A stretch of 14,146 bases of DNA from Promethearchaeota archaeon (GTDB lineage Archaea; Asgardarchaeota; Lokiarchaeia; Sigyniarchaeales; SOKP01): contig JBHLNF010000027.1 of the NCBI GenBank assembly GCA_048937405.1, positions 1 to 14,146 of the forward strand. The letters run 5' to 3'. The translations under genes were made by a program, and so were the position numbers. Shown here piece by piece: positions 9,465 to 14,146 of this stretch (its first letter is position 1; each line of letters begins with the position of its first letter). Below the pieces are notes generated by a model that saw only the letters and a program-made list of their open reading frames with translations, did not search any database and was not told the origin of the DNA.

Positions 9465-10673
9465 TTAAAAACCAAAAAACATTAAGGAGGTCATAACAGC
9501 ACCACTAATTATGGGAACAGTGAAATTGTCATTCATTCCCAAGGGAAGAAATTCAGAAAAAGTTGCTGCAATTCCTCCTCCTATTAAAATAAATAGGGGG
9601 ATATCCACTATTGTATAAATGAAGTATCCACATATAATAATTGTACCGATATAGGCAAGAGTTCCCTCAAGGGATTTATCAAATAATTTATGACGACCAT
9701 AAGCTAGACCAAATATTTTACTAAACATGTCACCAAAAGTGAGAAAAACCAATGCAGTTATCGCTATCTCTATCTTAAATAATAAAATAACAATGAAAGT
9801 AGAAATTAAAAATATTGTCATTGATGAGAATTTTTTTTCCTCACCCTTTTTAAAAATTGATTTGATTTTTACTGTTAATAGTTCTTGAGCCTGCTGAGAA
9901 AGAAATCGAAATAAATCAAGACCAATAAAACATATACTTACAATACCTATTAAAAAAAGAGCGACTGTTTTAGAATACACAAAGTAAAATACCAAGAATA
10001 GAAGAGCAAATGGTCTTATCGCCACCCTCCACCAATGAGATTTAAAACTCTCATCCTCAATATTAAACAATTTTAACGTTATAATACTATAAATACCAAA
10101 TAAGATAAGAAAAGCAAGAATTATCCAAGAAAAAATATTATAAGGATTATTAGGATAATGTAAATAAATAGCATACCCATAAACAGGTAAAGTAAAAACC
10201 ATTGGCATAGATTTTTTTGTTCTAGATGCTGAATAAAATATTATATAGATAGCCATTAAGAAGAATATTACAAAAAAAAATTCAATATTAACTAAATACT
10301 GAGTGAACATATAAAGTAATATAATTCCAGAAGCTGTTGCTATTCCTTGACCACCACGAAAGTTCATATAAAAAGGTAAAATATGTCCTACAATTGCCGC
10401 AAATCCGCTAATTTGAGCAAAAATATAATTAGCCCCTATTCCAAGTGTTAAAAAAATAGCAATTATGCCTTTTAAAGTATCATACAACGCTGTTAGAAGG
10501 GCATATTTGAAACCTAAAACGATATGGACATTGGAAGTTCCTGCATTCCCAGTTCCTTCTTCTCGAATATCAATTCCCTTTAATTTCCCTAAAAAATATC
10601 CAGGATTAATTGTACCTAAAAAATACCCAATTAAAATACCGAAAAAACCTAAAATTACCTCAAAAGGCTCTAT
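9465..10673 (-). CDS. Fusion protein, copy B: PlsY-like + CTP-dependent lipid kinase domain; probable non-canonical ATA start
   Basis: The frame stays open upstream of the track's TTG (10487): IEPFEVILGFFGILIGYFLGTINPGYFLGKLKGIDIREEGTGNAGTSNVHIVLGFKYALLTALYDTLKG, colinear with copy A from residue 1. There is an in-frame TGA at 10680-10682 and no in-frame ATG/GTG/TTG between 10487 and that stop. Motifs GHILP...FRGGQGIAT, FGDMFSKIFG..YG.HK..DKSLEG and NDNFTVP. 402 aa. Confidence 0.82.
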   Translation of the reverse strand: MEPFEVILGFFGILIGYFLGTINPGYFLGKLKGIDIREEGTGNAGTSNVHIVLGFKYALLTALYDTLKGIIAIFLTLGIGANYIFAQISGFAAIVGHILPFYMNFRGGQGIATASGIILLYMFTQYLVNIEFFFVIFFLMAIYIIFYSASRTKKSMPMVFTLPVYGYAIYLHYPNNPYNIFSWIILAFLILFGIYSIITLKLFNIEDESFKSHWWRVAIRPFALLFLVFYFVYSKTVALFLIGIVSICFIGLDLFRFLSQQAQELLTVKIKSIFKKGEEKKFSSMTIFLISTFIVILLFKIEIAITALVFLTFGDMFSKIFGLAYGRHKLFDKSLEGTLAYIGTIIICGYFIYTIVDIPLFILIGGGIAATFSEFLPLGMNDNFTVPIISGAVMTSLMFFGF

Positions 10674-10709
10674 GGAATTTCACTTAAATTAGTAATAATC
10701 TATAATAGA

Positions 10710-10732
10710 TTTACAAAAATATAAGGATTAAG
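10710..10732 (-). promoter_or_regulatory. Putative promoter of fusion copy B (conserved with copy A)
   Basis: Minus strand CTTAATCCTTATATTTTTGTAAA is 19/23 identical to 9304-9326 and lies at nearly the same distance from the start. Confidence 0.6.
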
Positions 10733-10736
10733 ATTT

Positions 10737-10767
10737 AAAAAAAATAAAAATAAAATATAAAAAAAAA
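10737..10767 (-). terminator. Putative oligo-T terminator of tfb
   Basis: Successive T-tracts on the minus strand (A-runs on + across 10737-10767) begin about 30 nt after the tfb stop. Confidence 0.45.
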
Positions 10768-10799
10768 TTAATCTCCTTGTCCGAAATTGGATAATCTCT

Positions 10800-11732
10800 T
10801 CACTGGAGTTTGCTTTTTATCTGTTTAGAGCGAGATCTTAATGTAACCTCTGTGACTTTAGCCACTTCTGAGACTTCAGCCTGTGTCTTCCTGCAGTTTC
10901 CCGCTTTAGCCGCCATGTAAATTACACTTGCAGCTAAACCTTTGGGATCTTTACCTGTTCGTAATAATCCATTTTTAGATGCTTCAACCAGCATGTTGAT
11001 CGCTTGTTTCTGGGTTTCCATGGGTAAACCAAGGTCATTCCCGAACCGAAAGACTAATTGTTCCGCAGTTATGGGTTTATATTTCAAATTCAACTCAATA
11101 AGTACTTCCTTTACAATCATACCTAAAGAGCGATGGACAGTTCTTCTGGGGGTCATAGATGCTTCACATACTTCTTCAAGTAATCTTGGAAATTCATGTA
11201 CTCGAATTGCTGCATATAAGGAAGCAGCAATGAAACCATCAATCGATCTTCCCATAGTTAATTTTTTCTTTGCTACAACGGAATAAATCTTCCATGCCGT
11301 TTCTTTTATGTATTCTGGTATATTCATTTTGCTTGTGAGCATTTTAAGCTTAGGTTTTGCTTCCCAGAAATTTCTTTCAATGCTTGAAATTAACGAATTT
11401 TGGATTTTAGATAATCTTGAGAATAGTGTTTTTCCCCGAGCATTTATTAATCTACCCTTTGAATCAATTTTTGAGTTTGGTAACATAGTTCTCGGACCGA
11501 ATTCACGCCATCTTGGTTCGGTTCTACGTCTTTTATTGACTTCTTCTACAGTATAGGCGCGACGTTCATTTCCTACAAGATTACGACCGAAACTCATACC
11601 ACAATTCAAGCATACATTATCTCCATCCCGAGACTCGATAGAAGGATTATTACAGCATTGAGCATCTGAGCTACAGCTTAATTCATCCTCTGTAGTGGCT
11701 TTGGTTGAACGTAGTCTATCTTTATAACTCAT
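10800..11732 (-). CDS. tfb: Archaeal transcription initiation factor IIB (TFB)
   Basis: Zn ribbon CC...VCLNCG, B-reader-like ERRAY...RRRT, first cyclin repeat ERNF..A / GRSI....AASLYAAIR....PR.L.E, second repeat GKDPKGLAASVIY, and HTH KTQAEVSEVAKVTEVTLRSR. AAGTGA lies 6 nt upstream of the ATG. Confidence 0.96.
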   Translation of the reverse strand: MSYKDRLRSTKATTEDELSCSSDAQCCNNPSIESRDGDNVCLNCGMSFGRNLVGNERRAYTVEEVNKRRRTEPRWREFGPRTMLPNSKIDSKGRLINARGKTLFSRLSKIQNSLISSIERNFWEAKPKLKMLTSKMNIPEYIKETAWKIYSVVAKKKLTMGRSIDGFIAASLYAAIRVHEFPRLLEEVCEASMTPRRTVHRSLGMIVKEVLIELNLKYKPITAEQLVFRFGNDLGLPMETQKQAINMLVEASKNGLLRTGKDPKGLAASVIYMAAKAGNCRKTQAEVSEVAKVTEVTLRSRSKQIKSKLQ

Positions 11733-11933
11733 TTCTGTTCACTTTTTATTATATTATTCTTTTCCAGCGTTCTCTATAATAAACCATAAGGATATTGATC
11801 AACGCATTTTTTTGTTCTGTGATGCTTATGATCGGTTTTGTATATATTTATTGCGTTTTTATTTTATAATTTTACTTTTTTTATTATAGATAGTGTCTAT
11901 TTATTATGGTTATGTCACTAATTGTTAATCCAA

Positions 11934-11950
11934 TATATAAAAGCTTTTCT
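11934..11950 (-). promoter_or_regulatory. Putative BRE/TATA promoter of tfb
   Basis: Minus strand AGAAAAGCTTTTATATA, a purine-rich BRE followed by TTTATATA. It shares the AAAAGCTTTT core with the GNAT promoter and lies about 200 nt upstream of the ATG. Confidence 0.55.
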
Positions 11951-12151
11951 ATATAAAATTGTTATTCATATAAGAACAAATGAAATATGGGTTTATAGTG
12001 GGAAAAGATAAATTATAAGTTATGATCAATGATAAAATGAAATTTCCTATCTTAATTTTGAAAAAAAAATTATAGTTTCTCACAAAAATAGAGAGTAAGA
12101 ATTATTTTTATGAATTAAGAAATCTATAATCTTTCTTAAAAATTGAGGACT

Positions 12152-13930
12152 TTAATGACAAAGATATATAAATCTCTCCATAAAATAGAGAAATATCTGG
12201 TTATAATATCCTGTGAAATAGAAATCTGAAGCATGCCCTCCAAGAGGCATCCATAGTATTGCACACATTTTATTTCCTTTAGCAATATATCTATTCCGAA
12301 TATTTTGAGAGATACTAAAGTAATTCAATATATCATGGGTACCTTGGAAGATGAGACATGGTGGACTATTAGATTCGATCAGTTTCTCTGGATTTTTAAA
12401 GATATCTGATCCACTCACTCCAAAAAATCCCATCTGTCCATTTGCAGGATAGAATGGAACTAAACCTTTAATTTTTATATCTGTACTAAAAATATTCGTA
12501 TAGTTCCCGCTCGCAATTGCTAAAGCTACTGCACAAGTGAGATGTCCTCCAGCAGAACCTCCACTTATAAATACAGAATCTAAATTAGCACCATAATTTT
12601 CCGAATGATTAGTAATGTAGTTAGTAAAAACACCAATATGTCGCATCATATCATCTATATTGAAATTTCCTTTTTTATAATTTGGAGTTAGAGGATCAAG
12701 AGCATATAAAGGATTCTCATCGATGCCATATTGTATATCAAAGACCGTATAACCTTGAGCTGCAAAATACTTATTCATCTGCATCATATTCATTAATCCT
12801 TTATCTCCAGAGACCCAACCCCCTCCATGAATTCGAATGATAGTTGAATTAATACCAGGAAGATCATTTCTTTTAATAACAGGCATATAAACATCAAAAT
12901 ATAGTCTGATACCCTCATCATCATAGAATAAAGTATTTTTTTCAATTTTGCAGTCTTTTGGTGGGATTCCTAAAAAATAATTGGATAATGAAAAGGGAGT
13001 TTTTAAAAAATATTGATTCACATTTGGAGGGATCTCTTCTCTCCAGTTTGAACTAAACATACGTGAAAAGTCTTTTTCAATATCATTAATCGTGTTATGT
13101 GTTAAAAAGAGAGGTACCATTAACATTCCTGAGATTATAACGCTAATTATTATATTTCTATATCCTTTTCTTGTATTCCATTTACGATGTTTTAATTTCA
13201 AAAGTAAGATTGTATTTCCAAAAAATATTATTGAAAAGAATATACCAAATTGCCCCGAAATAATTGCTATAAATGTGGTAACAAATTCAAAAGATCCAAA
13301 AATACATACTATTCCAAAAAGTATTCCTATAATGAAAGTAATCCTCGATATTAATGTTAAGATTTTTTTTAAAAAAATTTTAGTTTTAGTATTTCCTCTC
13401 GAAATCTTATTCTCAAAAATTTGGATTTGCAAACCTGAGTTATTATTTTGGTAAATTCTAATCCCTAGAATAGCATAAATCATTCCAAAAGCCATTACTG
13501 CAAAATAAAAAAGGTAAATCAATGTATAAGCCCCTAGATTATAAAATAATTGGTTTGAATAAGTAACTGAGATAAGTAAATTTCCTAACATGATACAAGT
13601 TGTAGTAAGAATAATTAAAATCAAAAAAATATAACTTAACACATTCCATCGAGTTGGAACATTGTAATAATTACTTCTCATCATTGAATTAATAATAATC
13701 ATTATGAAATTATTAAAAATAGAAATTAGTATGATAACTCCCAATAAGTCCCAAAAAATGGAATAAATAGGAAATAAAATATAGAAAATTCCTGAGATGA
13801 TGCAAAATAAATTTAATATAATTGATATGTAACTGATAATTTTAAATGAAGGAATCTTCAAGGTTTTCTCTCTAGTTTTCAAATTCTTGTCTCTTTTAGC
13901 TACCCCTGCTATTAGCATAGATTTAATCAT
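12152..13930 (-). CDS. Multi-pass membrane protein with C-terminal HSL-family alpha/beta hydrolase (esterase/lipase)
   Basis: About 7 hydrophobic segments in the first ~280 aa, then IHGGGWVSGDK (oxyanion hole), GGSAGG nucleophile elbow, PP.LIFQGTHD (Asp) and GGHASD (His). ATG at 13930 (TTG at 13933 is the alternative), preceded by AAGTGA. Confidence 0.9.
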   Translation of the reverse strand: MIKSMLIAGVAKRDKNLKTREKTLKIPSFKIISYISIILNLFCIISGIFYILFPIYSIFWDLLGVIILISIFNNFIMIIINSMMRSNYYNVPTRWNVLSYIFLILIILTTTCIMLGNLLISVTYSNQLFYNLGAYTLIYLFYFAVMAFGMIYAILGIRIYQNNNSGLQIQIFENKISRGNTKTKIFLKKILTLISRITFIIGILFGIVCIFGSFEFVTTFIAIISGQFGIFFSIIFFGNTILLLKLKHRKWNTRKGYRNIIISVIISGMLMVPLFLTHNTINDIEKDFSRMFSSNWREEIPPNVNQYFLKTPFSLSNYFLGIPPKDCKIEKNTLFYDDEGIRLYFDVYMPVIKRNDLPGINSTIIRIHGGGWVSGDKGLMNMMQMNKYFAAQGYTVFDIQYGIDENPLYALDPLTPNYKKGNFNIDDMMRHIGVFTNYITNHSENYGANLDSVFISGGSAGGHLTCAVALAIASGNYTNIFSTDIKIKGLVPFYPANGQMGFFGVSGSDIFKNPEKLIESNSPPCLIFQGTHDILNYFSISQNIRNRYIAKGNKMCAILWMPLGGHASDFYFTGYYNQIFLYFMERFIYLCH

Positions 13931-14089
13931 CAATTCACTTGTTAAGAAATTTTAACAGTTTTAATTACTATTAAATCTAATAATTCCCTCAGGAATCAAT
14001 GTCTTAACTTATATACTTAATTAAAAAAGTAATATTAAAACATGAATAAATAGAAAGATTTAAAAATTGGAAGCGTAAAAAACAAGAAA

Positions 14090-14146
14090 TTAATATTTAT
14101 AACCTGATGGAAGAATCTCTCTCAGTTTTCTATCGATTTTATATAT
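14090..14146 (-). CDS. Possible 3' end of a gene entering from the right edge (IYKIDRKLREILPSGYKY*)
   Basis: Open frame from the window edge to TAA at 14090-14092, locally less AT-rich and followed by a T-rich tract. It is too short to identify. Confidence 0.3.
   Translation of the reverse strand: MYKIDRKLREILPSGYKY

Noticed and set aside
10660-10683. Short minus-strand ORF GTG AAA TTC CAT AGA GCC TTT TGA, whose TTT-TGA end could allow a +1 frameshift into the copy B frame
   Set aside because: The GTG is part of the AAGTGA RBS motif shared with three other genes and has no RBS of its own. The ATA start matches copy A exactly and is the simpler explanation. Only proteomics could fully exclude the frameshift.
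10680-10691. Selenocysteine/readthrough of the in-frame TGA upstream of copy B
   Set aside because: A TAA follows three codons further upstream with no start codon in between, and the paralog alignment begins downstream of the TGA.
10768-10799. Small imperfect hairpin (TTGTCC-GAAATT-GGATAA) and AATCTC direct repeat after the tfb stop; considered as an sRNA or SECIS
   Set aside because: The stem is short and mismatched on the transcribed strand, there is no SECIS core, and tfb ends at the expected position. At most it is part of the terminator.
8314-13454. Plus-strand ORFs 8314-8583, 10465-10692, 10942-11286, 11308-11556 and 13092-13454
   Set aside because: These are antisense shadows. 10465-10692 seems to fill a gap only because the track truncates copy B, whose real N-terminus occupies that interval.

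Overview
AT-rich archaeal DNA, most consistent with an Asgard/Lokiarchaeia-type genome. This is inferred from a TFB gene, an archaeal-type ProRS, BRE/TATA promoters and PlsY-like genes. The left part (+ strand) is the end of an Opp/Dpp-family ABC transporter operon (partial permease, two ATPases) followed by a GH94 cellobiose phosphorylase, probably a cello-oligosaccharide uptake and phosphorolysis module. The right part (- strand) carries a GNAT acetyltransferase, proS, a 248-aa unknown, two tandem paralogous genes, tfb and a multi-pass membrane HSL-family esterase/lipase. The tandem pair is the most notable feature: each gene fuses a PlsY-like acyltransferase domain with altered catalytic motifs to a CTP-dependent lipid kinase domain (phytol/dolichol/Dgk1 family). 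The ORF track truncates the upstream paralog. Its reading frame extends to an ATA codon at 10673 that matches the ATG of the other copy exactly in position, RBS spacing and gene length (1209 nt), and the promoter was duplicated too. tfb appears to have a long 5' leader with overlapping inverted repeats. No RNA genes, CRISPR arrays or mobile elements were recognised.
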